Assembly: GCA_019721075.1 (NCBI GenBank)
Contig: JAHEAD010000007.1
Span: forward strand, 62,001 to 98,149
DNA from: Candidatus Sysuiplasma jiujiangense
Lineage (GTDB): Archaea > Thermoplasmatota > Thermoplasmata > Sysuiplasmatales > Sysuiplasmataceae
Direction: 5' to 3'
Length of the DNA stretch: 36,149 nt
The translations under genes and the position numbers were made by a program. Shown here one piece after another: positions 19,811-29,352 of the stretch. How positions within the stretch are numbered: the stretch's first letter is position 1; every line of letters starts with the position of its first letter. The notes below the pieces were generated by a model, which had not been told where the DNA came from, made no database searches, and worked only from the letters and a program-made list of their open reading frames with translations.

Positions 19811-20306
19811 TCTGCCTGTCCTAGGAAACCAGGGCTGTATTTGCCTGAAATACTACTTGCCATCGTCTACTTAACAGCCCGTTCCGTTCACATGATTGCA
19901 TCGAAAGCGAGCCAAAAGAAGTGACTCCGTGCCGCGTAAAATTGGAATCGAACTTATGCGATTACAATCTATTAAGTGATTCATTTTGTTTCGGCCCGTC
20001 CAGTAAGCATTTTCCAATCAAAGGCCGGCCCGCATTTCAGCCATCGCTGTTATCTGGAGCGATGGCAGACTTCTGCCGTCGGATTGTGCAAATACCAAGG
20101 ACTCAATCGGGAAATTCCCGGTTTGTCACTAATGCGGAATACAAATTACCGGCGTTGCATTCCGATGCCTGCCATGGATATCAGTCAGATTTCTTCTGAG
20201 AAATATCTGCAGTCAGAGGACGTTATGGCCAGGCCTGGATCAGAATTTATTGAAGCTAGACGTTTATCTGCAATAACTGCTTAATTGATACAACGCCGGT
20301 ATTTGC

Positions 20307-20669
20307 ATGAACACGGACTACAGGAAATTGGTGCATAGCGCGAGGGGAGAAAAGAAAAGATTCATGGAAGATTTTTTCAGGGAGCTACTAATATCCGACA
20401 GAAAACGGAGAATCGTTATGTTCGAGGAGCTAATTTCCGGCATCGCGAAGGTTACAGACGACAGAGAGTACATCGAAATGTGCAAATTGAGCCTGGAAGT
20501 AATTCTCGCTATGGACAAAAACGTAGCGGGGGAGGTTATAAACACGAGACTTGAGGCTCAATTTGAACTGCCAGAGGCGGAGAAAGTCATTGACAGTAGA
20601 AATTTGATGAGGGCAATAAATGAAATGCCGGAAAAGGATATCATACTGGCACTGATAGAAGCGAATTAG
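20307..20669 (+). CDS. Hypothetical helical protein (120 aa)
   Basis: ATG start, charged amphipathic composition and purine-rich coding-like sequence. No recognisable motif. Confidence 0.7.
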   Translation: MNTDYRKLVHSARGEKKRFMEDFFRELLISDRKRRIVMFEELISGIAKVTDDREYIEMCKLSLEVILAMDKNVAGEVINTRLEAQFELPEAEKVIDSRNLMRAINEMPEKDIILALIEAN

Positions 20670-20766
20670 GCGAATTCGTGTTCGAAAGCAGCCGCGCGAG
20701 ATGAAACCTGCGATTACCCATATTTGATTTATGCAGTTTCGCATTTCAGCATCTCAGCGAATTGAA

Positions 20767-20865
20767 TGCGGGAGGAGGGATTTGAACCCACGGACCCCTG
20801 CGGGACAGAATATCCCAGGTTTTTTCTTAAGTCCTGCGCTGTTGGCCATGCTTAGCTACTCCCGC
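20767..20865 (-). tRNA. tRNA-Leu (UAA) with a 14-nt intron at 37/38 (20812-20825)
   Basis: Acceptor stem GCGGGAG/CTCCCGC with discriminator A. Anticodon arm CAGGA-CTTAAG[AAAAAACCTGGGAT]A-TTCTG. Long variable arm and TTCAAAT loop. Confidence 0.9.
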
Positions 20866-21239
20866 TGTTCCTTTTGATTAACATGATCGGAATAAATAAC
20901 ATTGCCGTCCGATGTCGCGCAGGGCACTGTCCTATTTACGGTTGCTAGACACGATTAAGAGTACACAGCATGTCTCTGTAACGATTGTCTGGTCGCCTCT
21001 GCAATTTTCCCTGCTTGGGATGACAAACAATTGCGCCAAGTAATTTTCTACAAAGGAATGTGAGAGATAATTGCTGCATATTCTCATGAAATCAGAAACA
21101 TACTGACCTGCCGGCAAATATTCATGAAGAAACGGAAACGTCGCAGAATTAATGCTGATATCGAACAAATTCTGCCTTCATATGACAGATACTGGAAATC
21201 CTTAATCTATCCCTGCTGTAATAATCCGGTGGTGATTTC

Positions 21240-22751
21240 GTGGTAAAGGAATACGGCATCTTTGTTAACGGCGAATGGGCCGGCAGTTCGAGCGACAAAT
21301 CATTTGAAACGCTGAATCCTGCTACAGGTGAAGTACTTGCCAGGTTTCCGAGAGGAAACAAGGCAGATATTGAGACGGCTGTAAAATCCGCTGAGAAGGG
21401 ATTCAAAGTATGGAGGGATGTCCCTGCTCCTGTCAGGGGAGAGATACTTCTTAAGGCAGCTTGGAACCTTGAGAAGAAAAAGGAGGAACTTGCCAGACTT
21501 GTTTCAACCGAAATGGGAAAAGTCCTTGCTGAGGGAAGAGGAGAGGTGCAGGAGGCTATTGATTTTTTCAAGTACATGTCGGGTGAGGGAAGAAGACTTC
21601 TTGGAGAAACAACCCCATCAGAACTTCCGGATAAATTCAACATGACCGTGAGACTTCCAAAGGGCCCCGTCGCAATGATAACTCCATGGAATTTTCCTGT
21701 TTCCATACCTTCCTGGAAGATGGGTGCAGCATTGATTTCCGGGTGCTCTCTTGTACTCAAGCCTGCGAGCGACACCCCTCTCTGCGCAGCAAGATTTATT
21801 GAGATGGTGAATGAAGCCGGCTTTCCTCCGGGCGTCATAAATATGGTCACCGGCACAGGATCTGAAGTTGGAAACGCTCTGATAAATCATCCTTCGATAC
21901 GAGCTCTGTCTTTCACAGGTGGGGTAGAAACAGGAAGAGAGGTATACACACAGGGAGCAAGGCGGCTGATACAGGTACATCTTGAACTGGGAGGGAAGAA
22001 TCCGATGATAATAATGGATGACGCGAACCTGGAACTCGGGATTGAAGGACTTATATTCGGCGCGTTCGGAACCTCCGGCCAGCGATGCACTGCCACCAGC
22101 AGGCTGATTATTCAGGATGGCGTTTACAGCGAATTCATGGACAGTTTCATAGACCGTGTCGAAAAATTGAAGTTAGGGAATCCGCTCGATGAAACCGTCG
22201 ATATGGGCCCCGTGATAAACAGAAACGCCATGAAGAATATCATGGAATACATAGACATCGGACAAAAGGAAGGGGGCAAAATTGCCACAGGCGGCAAATC
22301 CATCAGCGATGGAACTTTTTCAAAGGGCAATTTTATTCAACCAACTGTGATTGAGACAAAACATGGCACACGCGTCAGCACCGAAGAAATTTTCGGTCCG
22401 GTACTGTCTGTAATAAAGGTCGGCAGTTTCAAAGAAGCCATCGAAGTTGCAAATGGAGTGCAATACGGTCTGTCATCTGCAATTTACACCAGAGATATAA
22501 ACAAGGCATTCAGGGCAATCAATGCGCTTGAGTGCGGAATAACATACATCAATGCACCGACCATCGGAGCAGAAATTCATCTTCCTTTTGGAGGCGTCAA
22601 GAATACGGGTACCGGTGGCAGGGAGGCAGGGACATCCGCAATAGAGGAGTTCACGGAACTGAAAAGCGTGTTCATTGATTACAGCGACATGCTACAGAAG
22701 GCACAGATTGACACTGACAGAAGAGTAAAGGAAAAAATTACTCCAACCTGA
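21240..22751 (+). CDS. NAD(P)-dependent aldehyde dehydrogenase
   Basis: ITPWNFP, KPAS.TP, FTGG, catalytic Glu in LELGGKNP, catalytic Cys in SGQRCTA, EEIFGPV and PFGG. Confidence 0.95.
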   Translation: MVKEYGIFVNGEWAGSSSDKSFETLNPATGEVLARFPRGNKADIETAVKSAEKGFKVWRDVPAPVRGEILLKAAWNLEKKKEELARLVSTEMGKVLAEGRGEVQEAIDFFKYMSGEGRRLLGETTPSELPDKFNMTVRLPKGPVAMITPWNFPVSIPSWKMGAALISGCSLVLKPASDTPLCAARFIEMVNEAGFPPGVINMVTGTGSEVGNALINHPSIRALSFTGGVETGREVYTQGARRLIQVHLELGGKNPMIIMDDANLELGIEGLIFGAFGTSGQRCTATSRLIIQDGVYSEFMDSFIDRVEKLKLGNPLDETVDMGPVINRNAMKNIMEYIDIGQKEGGKIATGGKSISDGTFSKGNFIQPTVIETKHGTRVSTEEIFGPVLSVIKVGSFKEAIEVANGVQYGLSSAIYTRDINKAFRAINALECGITYINAPTIGAEIHLPFGGVKNTGTGGREAGTSAIEEFTELKSVFIDYSDMLQKAQIDTDRRVKEKITPT

Positions 22752-22752
22752 T

Positions 22753-23331
22753 TCATGCCTTGCCCCGCGATTCTCCTCTAGTAATCGCACTGGCGAAAAT
22801 ATGTGCAAGTCTCAGAGCCTCGGGATAGTTGCCTCTGAATATGGACGCTTTCAGGAGAGAAACCGCGTCCTCCCTGTCTAAGCCCACCCAGCTTGCGTGT
22901 ATTTTCAACTTTCCTGACTTGACTGGAATGCTCTCGTACTCTCTTATAATCCTGTACCTCTCCTCCCAGTCGTCAAAATACTTTTGAAGCGCAGCGCGCA
23001 TTGCGTCGAGATTCGGCAATTTGCGTGTTACGCTCAAAACAGGCAGACCCGTGACGCTGTTGATTTTCCCGAGGTCGAATACATTAAATCCGCCGCAGGC
23101 TATGCCATCGAGAAGCACGGCTCTGAGCTGTTCCAGAAATCTCGATCTGAGTATTGTCTTGCATATATTCTGGGTGGAGTCCATTCCGTCTATAGTGCAC
23201 TCCGTTACAAGAGCACCTTCCACATATGAGGGGAGTCTGGCTATGATGCCCACAACCGGGACCACGCCCTCCCTGAAGCCGAATTTCCCGTCATCAAACG
23301 CAACTACTCTGGACTGTCTTTTCATCTGCAT
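22753..23331 (-). CDS. DUF99 (endonuclease V-like) family protein
   Basis: RVVAFDD, IDGMDST, LLDGIACGGFNV.D and YPEALRLAH. Start placed at ATG 23331, overlapping the pth2 stop (TGATG). Confidence 0.88.
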   Translation of the reverse strand: MQMKRQSRVVAFDDGKFGFREGVVPVVGIIARLPSYVEGALVTECTIDGMDSTQNICKTILRSRFLEQLRAVLLDGIACGGFNVFDLGKINSVTGLPVLSVTRKLPNLDAMRAALQKYFDDWEERYRIIREYESIPVKSGKLKIHASWVGLDREDAVSLLKASIFRGNYPEALRLAHIFASAITRGESRGKA

Positions 23332-23708
23332 CACAGCAGCGGGAGATTCCCGGTCACAGTGTCTATTTCCTGATTCTCTGCAGGACCGATGCCCACGCAC
23401 GTAACAGTTCCGGCTGGTATTTCTGTAAGACCGGCATCCGCAATAAGGCTGGTTATCAGCCCGTTTCTCCTGGCATCCTCTCTCAGTGCATGGAGTTCCT
23501 CGAGATTTTTGACCCTGACCACAATCTTCCTCTGCCCTTCATCCATCCATGAGGAAAATTTCTTTTTTTCCTTCTGGAGGCACTGCACAGCGCAGCTCAC
23601 AGCCGCATGCGCCACCTGGACTGCAGTTTTTCCTGCGCTCAGTTTCAAATCTGTTCTTACAGCGACCACAAGCTTGTAATGAAAGTCAACATCATCCCTC
23701 GAGAGCAT
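23331..23708 (-). CDS. pth2: Peptidyl-tRNA hydrolase Pth2
   Basis: VRTDLKLSAGK.AVQVAHA, GQRKIVV, DAGLTEI..GT.T.VGIGP and TGNLPLL. ATG 23708 lies behind SD-like AGGTGA. Confidence 0.95.
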   Translation of the reverse strand: MLSRDDVDFHYKLVVAVRTDLKLSAGKTAVQVAHAAVSCAVQCLQKEKKKFSSWMDEGQRKIVVRVKNLEELHALREDARRNGLITSLIADAGLTEIPAGTVTCVGIGPAENQEIDTVTGNLPLL

Positions 23709-23712
23709 TTTT

Positions 23713-24030
23713 TCACCTTTCACTTTTTTTCGTTCTTCTGAAATTGTTAAGCACTGCTGCAATGAGCAGGAGTGCTGTTATTGCCGTTTCCGCAATTATG
23801 AAAAATGTGAAGTCAAGGCCATGGTGCATATATTCATAAACGGCTGTCAGTGTGAACAGAAGAAGAGTGGAGACTGCGATGCTTATTCCTGCCGAAGCGG
23901 CCACCAGCTGAACAAGGTCGCTTCTCAATCTGCCATCCCTGTCAGAGAATGCAATGACTGCAGCAAAGCCAGGAAGGAAGAAAACGAACGCAGAAACAAT
24001 GGCGAGCTGAAGCAATGGGGCAAGAGACAT
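23713..24030 (-). CDS. Small membrane protein (3 TM), hypothetical
   Basis: Three hydrophobic segments and an FFLPGF motif. It heads an apparent operon with pth2 and is divergent from tgtA. Confidence 0.75.
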   Translation of the reverse strand: MSLAPLLQLAIVSAFVFFLPGFAAVIAFSDRDGRLRSDLVQLVAASAGISIAVSTLLLFTLTAVYEYMHHGLDFTFFIIAETAITALLLIAAVLNNFRRTKKSER

Positions 24031-24063
24031 CCCATCTTGAATGTAATTTAATTATAATAACTG

Positions 24064-25998
24064 GTGGTAATGGTTGCTGACATGCCCATTAAATTTGAAT
24101 TACTCGAGAGAGACGGGCCGGGTCGTATATGCTCGTTTGAAACTCCACATGGAACAATAGAGACCCCTGTTCTGCTGCCTGTCGTGAATCCGAGGCGGAT
24201 GATACTGTCTGCTGCAGAACTGCGCGATCAGTTTCATGCTGAGATGCTCATAACAAACTCCTTTATAATCGGGCAGGACGAGCAACTAAGCGAACAGACG
24301 AAGAGAAGAGGCATACATGAACAGCTTGGTTTTGATGGCCCCATAATGACCGACAGCGGAACATTCCAGACACATGTCTACGGAAAACTCGAAATTGATC
24401 CTTCGGCAGTCGTAGAAATACAGAGGTCGTTTGGAAGCGACGTACTGACTGTTCTTGACATATTTTCCGAACCGGATTTTTCACGCAGTGCGGCGGAAGA
24501 TGCCGTGAGTGTAACAAACAGGAGAGTGAGGGATGCAATCAGACTGACAGCAGGAGAGGCTATTGTCGCATGTCCCGTCCAGGGCTCCCTTTTTCCAGAT
24601 TTGAGGCGAAACGCTGCAGAAGATCTGAGTGGTGCAGGAGGTGAATATTTTGCAATCGGTGGCGTAGTCCCGCTTATGGAGGAGGGCAGATTCGCAGATC
24701 TTGCGAGAGTCATCCTCTCTTCCAAACTTGGTCTGAATCCCGCCGCACCTGTCCATCTCTTTGGTTGCGGTCATCCGCTTCTTTTTCCAATGGCCGTACT
24801 GCTGGGCTGCGACGTTTTCGACTCTGCCTCTTACATTAAATATGCCAGGGACGGCAGGATGATATTCCCGGAGGGAACATGTCGCCTATCCGAACTCAGG
24901 CACAGCCACTGCCTCTGCCCTGTTTGCTCATGCATTACTTTAAGCGAAATGAAATCAATGGACGCGGAAGAGAGAACTGTCAATATAGCAAAGCACAATC
25001 TGCATGTGCTCTTTTCAGAGATAAGGCGGATAAAGGAAGCAATTCATGAAGAAACACTCTGGGATCTTGCAGAAAGCAGGGCGAGATCAAACAGGGCTCT
25101 CCTCGAGGCTTTTGCCGTTATTTCCGAGTACAGGGACTACCTTGAGAAGCTGGAACCGATCTCGCGCAAACACGGTCTTGCCGTCGTTGATGATATCTCT
25201 CTGAACAGGCCGTCAATATGCCGTTATACCGAGCATGCTGGTAAATTGCGCCCAGGGAATCACAGAAAGCTGGTTATAGTTGATGGGAAAAAACCGTATT
25301 TTTCCCACTTTGATTTCAGCCTTGTCCACGACGACGAAGATGCTGTGGTTGTTTCCCCTTTCGGTATTGTTCCCTTCGCTTTAACGGAGACGTATCCATT
25401 TGCCCAGTCAGATTTCATGTGCTCATCGGCTGACGCCAACGTTTCAGGATACCCGGGACAGTTACACTATTCCGAATTCAGAACAGTGGACGGCGTCTGG
25501 AAAAGGAACGGCAATAAGGTACCGCAGAGCGCATACCTCAAGCTCGCAGAAACTGTATGCAGATACCAGTTCGGCGATAAAATCTCAGCGGCTATTCTTT
25601 CAGGAAATATCCAGCTGGGTTTTTCCAGGAACACTGGAAAACTGAGAACCGTTTCGACCGAAGGAAAGCAGCTCCTGTTCTTCCGTCCCGAAGACGGCCT
25701 TTTTTCACTGAAGATGTTTGGCGCGGAACGCATTAATGGAGCAACGGATAAGCCAGTGATGCGTGTAGTCTGTTCCATGGACGCTGTCCCGTTCGTCTCC
25801 GCAGGGAAAAGCCTGTTTTCGAAATTCGTGGTAGATGCGGATCCGGAAATCAAGCCATTTGGTGAATGCATAGTTACAGATGAAAAGGACAGGCTAATAG
25901 CCTGCGGACGGGCAATTCAGAACCGGAGGGAAATGCTGTCATTTAAAAACGGTGTTGCTGTGGATATCAGGGATCACTATTCTTCTTCAGCGCCCTGA
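24064..25998 (+). CDS. tgtA: Archaeosine tRNA-guanine(15) transglycosylase
   Basis: ETP.LLPVVNP, MTDSGTFQ, IGGVVPL, HLFG.GHP, FDSASY, Zn site C.CPVC...HNL and a C-terminal PUA domain. The start may be 24070 or 24081. Confidence 0.95.
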   Translation: MVMVADMPIKFELLERDGPGRICSFETPHGTIETPVLLPVVNPRRMILSAAELRDQFHAEMLITNSFIIGQDEQLSEQTKRRGIHEQLGFDGPIMTDSGTFQTHVYGKLEIDPSAVVEIQRSFGSDVLTVLDIFSEPDFSRSAAEDAVSVTNRRVRDAIRLTAGEAIVACPVQGSLFPDLRRNAAEDLSGAGGEYFAIGGVVPLMEEGRFADLARVILSSKLGLNPAAPVHLFGCGHPLLFPMAVLLGCDVFDSASYIKYARDGRMIFPEGTCRLSELRHSHCLCPVCSCITLSEMKSMDAEERTVNIAKHNLHVLFSEIRRIKEAIHEETLWDLAESRARSNRALLEAFAVISEYRDYLEKLEPISRKHGLAVVDDISLNRPSICRYTEHAGKLRPGNHRKLVIVDGKKPYFSHFDFSLVHDDEDAVVVSPFGIVPFALTETYPFAQSDFMCSSADANVSGYPGQLHYSEFRTVDGVWKRNGNKVPQSAYLKLAETVCRYQFGDKISAAILSGNIQLGFSRNTGKLRTVSTEGKQLLFFRPEDGLFSLKMFGAERINGATDKPVMRVVCSMDAVPFVSAGKSLFSKFVVDADPEIKPFGECIVTDEKDRLIACGRAIQNRREMLSFKNGVAVDIRDHYSSSAP

Positions 25999-26200
25999 TC
26001 GCAATATCCACGCAAACGATGAAATCATCGGCCGTTCTGAGGAGGCTGTTGAGATTGTCAGCATCAGCTTCTGCTTCAATCGTTTCCCCCACGGCTCTGG
26101 ATGTTATGTAACTGTCGTTATCGGGTAAGATTATCCTGTTCACCTTTTCAGCATCGGTTCCGCACTTTATGCTCAATGCCAGCCGGTACCTGGATATCAT
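25967..26200 (-). CDS. pcc1: KEOPS complex subunit Pcc1
   Basis: 77 aa with a .PDN motif and A....SL.RT.DD...C...A, typical of archaeal Pcc1. Confidence 0.75.
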   Translation of the reverse strand: MISRYRLALSIKCGTDAEKVNRIILPDNDSYITSRAVGETIEAEADADNLNSLLRTADDFIVCVDIAIRALKKNSDP

Positions 26201-26209
26201 CTTCCTTCC

Positions 26210-26491
26210 TCATAATTTAAGACCGAATGCCGTTGTAAATTCTTCCACGCGCTTGAATTCAAGCAGGAAATGCCTGCCCTTGTCTGTTATGTTGTATGCT
26301 GTCCTGTCCGCGTCCACCTTCTTTTCCACAAACCCGTTTTCTTCAAGCTGCGAGAGATATTTGAGCAACCTTTCATATGACATATTTGCCTTATAGAGTA
26401 TATGCGTGGGTTTCGCATCGTTTTCCTCTGCAACCGCCCTTAGAATATCGGCAAAAATTCTTGCCCTGGTCCTGTAGCCTCCATCAGGCAA
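26210..26491 (-). CDS. Archaeal winged-helix transcriptional regulator
   Basis: R.R..I.ADIL, PTHILYKANMSY..L.KYL..L...G, Y.IT.KG..FL. Start placed at TTG 26491, overlapping the upstream gene's stop (the ORF track starts at 26557). Confidence 0.88.
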   Translation of the reverse strand: MPDGGYRTRARIFADILRAVAEENDAKPTHILYKANMSYERLLKYLSQLEENGFVEKKVDADRTAYNITDKGRHFLLEFKRVEEFTTAFGLKL

Positions 26492-27113
26492 CCTGCGTCT
26501 TCCCCCGTTCTTCAGTTTTTGTCCTGCCGATGCCAATTGCCGTGTACAGGAGGACAAATGACAGAAGCTGGAATATGGAATAGTAGAGATACCCAGTCCC
26601 GAGGACGCGGGGCGAAAACAGAAGCAACCCGTTTATCAGATGCAACAGGAAGAGCATTGAAAAACTGGAAAGAACGAGGGCTGTGCTCGCTCCTGGATTG
26701 GAACGGTAGCTCCTCCAGACGCTTATAACAACTATAAGGAGCAGAATGAGTATGAAAAGCTGAAAGGTGAAGAAGAGCAGCAATGCGGCAGATATCGCCG
26801 CTGCAATATAATCCATTCTGGGCCTGATAACATACGCCAGCATTATGAGGAGATACGCAGTAACTTCCACGATACTGCTGATATAAATGATGGCGAATCG
26901 GCCCCCGGTTCCAGGCGAGTAGCGGCGATATGCGAGAGCTTCTGCGGCCAGCAGGACAAAATAAACTGACATCAGTGTGAATCCAATGCAGAGCAGGAGG
27001 AGATTTGTGTTCTTTGCCACAGCATAAACCCTGTACGCCCTGTATGATATTACGACAGCAACAAACAACGTTACAACTGTAACAACAACTTCCAGGACTT
27101 CAATATATGACAT
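26484..27113 (-). CDS. Polytopic membrane protein (about 6-7 TM), hypothetical
   Basis: Almost entirely hydrophobic helices with an internally repeated pattern (RAYR...N.LLL..GF.L / RSYR.....ALV..SF.M). It overlaps the wHTH gene. Confidence 0.8.
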   Translation of the reverse strand: MSYIEVLEVVVTVVTLFVAVVISYRAYRVYAVAKNTNLLLLCIGFTLMSVYFVLLAAEALAYRRYSPGTGGRFAIIYISSIVEVTAYLLIMLAYVIRPRMDYIAAAISAALLLFFTFQLFILILLLIVVISVWRSYRSNPGASTALVLSSFSMLFLLHLINGLLLFSPRVLGTGYLYYSIFQLLSFVLLYTAIGIGRTKTEERGKTQVA

Positions 27114-27224
27114 ACTACCAAATTACACAGACACTGTCAATTTGTCAGACTTATTAATGATTCGTCTAGATCTTTCGTTCTTTCTCCTTATAAGGCAGCG
27201 TATGAATTCTGCTTCCGTGACTAC

Positions 27225-27662
27225 ATGACAGAATTGAATAAGAAGACCGGCAGAATGAAATATTTCGCCCTGGGCGTCATCGCCCTTCTTGCTGCGGGCG
27301 GGTTAGTGGCCGCAACATATGCGAACGCATCGAGCCAGGTGGCAAACAGCAATACGTCCACAGGCTCAGTTTTCAATGGAGAATACCTGGAGATTGTTGT
27401 CTGGACATACAGCGGTGGCCAGCGGATTCCGGTATCGGACGCCAACGTGACCGTTTATGCAGTTTCAGAGCAGTCGGCCGCAAACGGAACAATAACAATA
27501 ACACTGACGCCAGTTGCAACAAACTCCACAAACGCCCATGGCGCTGCTTATTTCAACCTTGCAAACGGAAAATACGCAGCAATAGTACATTACAACGGCC
27601 ACAGGGGCCTGGCATTGTTCGCCTTAAACAACTACAAAACAGTATTTGTCAGGCTACGTTAA
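27225..27662 (+). CDS. Secreted or surface protein with a prealbumin/carboxypeptidase-regulatory-like beta domain
   Basis: Basic N-region plus hydrophobic signal peptide, several N-X-S/T sequons, and the pattern PV.DANVTVY...TN..G.AYFNL..GKY. Confidence 0.75.
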   Translation: MTELNKKTGRMKYFALGVIALLAAGGLVAATYANASSQVANSNTSTGSVFNGEYLEIVVWTYSGGQRIPVSDANVTVYAVSEQSAANGTITITLTPVATNSTNAHGAAYFNLANGKYAAIVHYNGHRGLALFALNNYKTVFVRLR

Positions 27663-27880
27663 ACATTTTAATCCAGCCGGGATATGGTCAGAAATAAAGT
27701 GTCTGATATTCCATATCCCTTATTGTTTTGTCAACAATCTTCTGAATATCAACGTTCAGAACCGATTTGAGCAGATACTTCATTCTCGTCCTTTCGCTTT
27801 CAGTCAGTTTATCACTGATTTTCAAGCGGAGATTCCATATAAAAAATGATCACTTCAATTATCTGCTTTGGCAGGGAACA

Positions 27881-28129
27881 TTATCTTCGCACTCTCCCCC
27901 GGTTTCCTTCACGCCTGAAATCGGAAGGTTCGGCGGATATCCTTTCCCTTTCCGTATGCAGTATTCCGAGCCAGTAGAGTTTGGCATTTTCCTTGCTGTA
28001 CTGCGCCTGTTTCTGGAGAAGCGCCATTCTCATCTTCTGACGAAACTGAAGAGCCTTGGTCTCGTTTTTGCCGGAAGGCGTGTCTCCTTCCCACAGCCTT
28101 TCAAACTGCATTTCTTTCTCGGACGCCAT
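27881..28129 (-). CDS. Small hypothetical protein (82 aa from ATG 28129)
   Basis: MASEKEMQFERLWEGDTPSGKNETKALQFRQ...ENAKLYWLG reads like a real charged helical protein. It is the best candidate in an otherwise empty ~720-nt gap. Confidence 0.5.
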   Translation of the reverse strand: MASEKEMQFERLWEGDTPSGKNETKALQFRQKMRMALLQKQAQYSKENAKLYWLGILHTERERISAEPSDFRREGNRGRVRR

Positions 28130-28384
28130 CAGGATTCCCTTGTCCCATGTGAGTCTGTCATCCTTTTTAATTTTTGCATTATGACAACTGGTGACGGAAA
28201 TAAAGTGCATACCTCGGCTGCATGAGATGCCGATCGCATCTTATCCATTTCAATGCAATTGCCAAAACTCCTGTTTTAATGGCAGGTGGCACTCGGGCAT
28301 TGCACCGCCACATGAAGTCAGAAGGTTGCTGCAAAATGCTAAAGACTAATTAGTGATTCAGTCATTTTAAGAGAAGGTAAAAAT

Positions 28385-28858
28385 ATGACTGAACTTGAAG
28401 TTGGTGAAAAGGCGCCTGATTTTGCCCTGCCAAAAAGCAGGGATCAGAAGGTTTTGCTGAAGGATCTTACAAAGAGTGGAAAAGTGGTCATTGTATTCTA
28501 TCCCGGTGATTTCAGTTCGGTATGCACAAACGAGTGGTGCAGCCTGAGAGACAATTTAAATGAGTTTGAGAAGCTGAATGCCAAGGTCGTTGGCATAAGT
28601 GGCGACAGCCACTTCACGCATGACGCATTTAGAAAGGCCAACTCGTTGAATTTCGATCTTTTGAGCGACTATGATCATCAGGTGTCCAAGCTTTTCAACG
28701 TTTATTACGATGATTTTCTTGGAATGAAAGGCGTTTCCAAGAGATCTGTATTCATTGTAGACAGAGAGGGCAGAATACGCTACAAGTGGGTCACAGAGGA
28801 CGCGTCAAAACTCCCTGATATAGAGGAGATAAAGAACGAGCTTGCAAAGATCAACTGA
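28385..28858 (+). CDS. Peroxiredoxin (BCP/PrxQ or AhpE-like)
   Basis: APDF.L, FYP.DFS.VCT.EWC (CxxxxC), GIS.D, LLSD and the conserved Arg in RSVFIVD. Confidence 0.93.
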   Translation: MTELEVGEKAPDFALPKSRDQKVLLKDLTKSGKVVIVFYPGDFSSVCTNEWCSLRDNLNEFEKLNAKVVGISGDSHFTHDAFRKANSLNFDLLSDYDHQVSKLFNVYYDDFLGMKGVSKRSVFIVDREGRIRYKWVTEDASKLPDIEEIKNELAKIN

Positions 28859-28954
28859 TTATTCTCAAAATGATTATGGCAACCTTCTCGACATTCAGTA
28901 AATAGGCTTCAAACACAAAATGCCTCAGACGTGTTTCAGGATTCATGAGTGTTC

Positions 28955-29056
28955 TGTGTGCTTGCATATCTCACAGAACGCATAGTAGAGATTGACGTGA
29001 GGGAATTGCATGCAGGAGAGGAACAGCCAGCACAGTTCGCTTCCTGCCGTTATAGC
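28955..29056 (+). repeat. Copy A of a diverged inverted repeat; probable transposase relic (IS1634/IS4-like C-terminal fragment)
   Basis: Shares TGTGTGCTTGCATATCTC (18 nt) and TGCAGGAGAGGAACA (15 nt), plus further collinear matches, with the reverse complement of 35237-35332. It translates as CVLAYLTERIVEIDV. Confidence 0.75.
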
Positions 29057-29352
29057 TCCACATCTTTGGGGAATGAGGCCAATTTTTTGCGACGGCTATT
29101 TTCGAACTGCCTCGGCCTGTCAAATGATGCCATCGCCTGTGATATCCACATTCGTGCCAAGAAGAAAAACGTCCTTTCGGGCCGGCAGACATGTGCAACA
29201 AAGCGGCCTCTCTGCAACGCAAGGCTTCCCGACGGAAGATACAGTCACTCAACAAACAACAGGATGCAGGAGGGGCTTGACCATGCGTATGTCATCTCGC
29301 GCGAAAAGCGGCTTAGTCGGATAATAATATATGTGTTATCATAACCCTCTTC

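Noticed and set aside
19811..20300. Possible arsB/acr3/arsM remnant, or the ORFs 19921-20199 and 19976-20284
   Set aside because: No hydrophobic or methyltransferase-like translation is recognisable by eye. A tBLASTn would be needed to exclude it.
21240..22751. ALDH as part of the gamma-glutamylation pathway (PuuC-like)
   Set aside because: It is chemically plausible, but the gene lies more than 6 kb outside the repeat-bounded block among housekeeping genes, and nothing in the sequence supports a link.
28949..29344. 131-aa ORF, and the 85-aa ORF at 35115-35372
   Set aside because: They overlap the degenerate repeat, and the reading frames are not preserved between the two copies.
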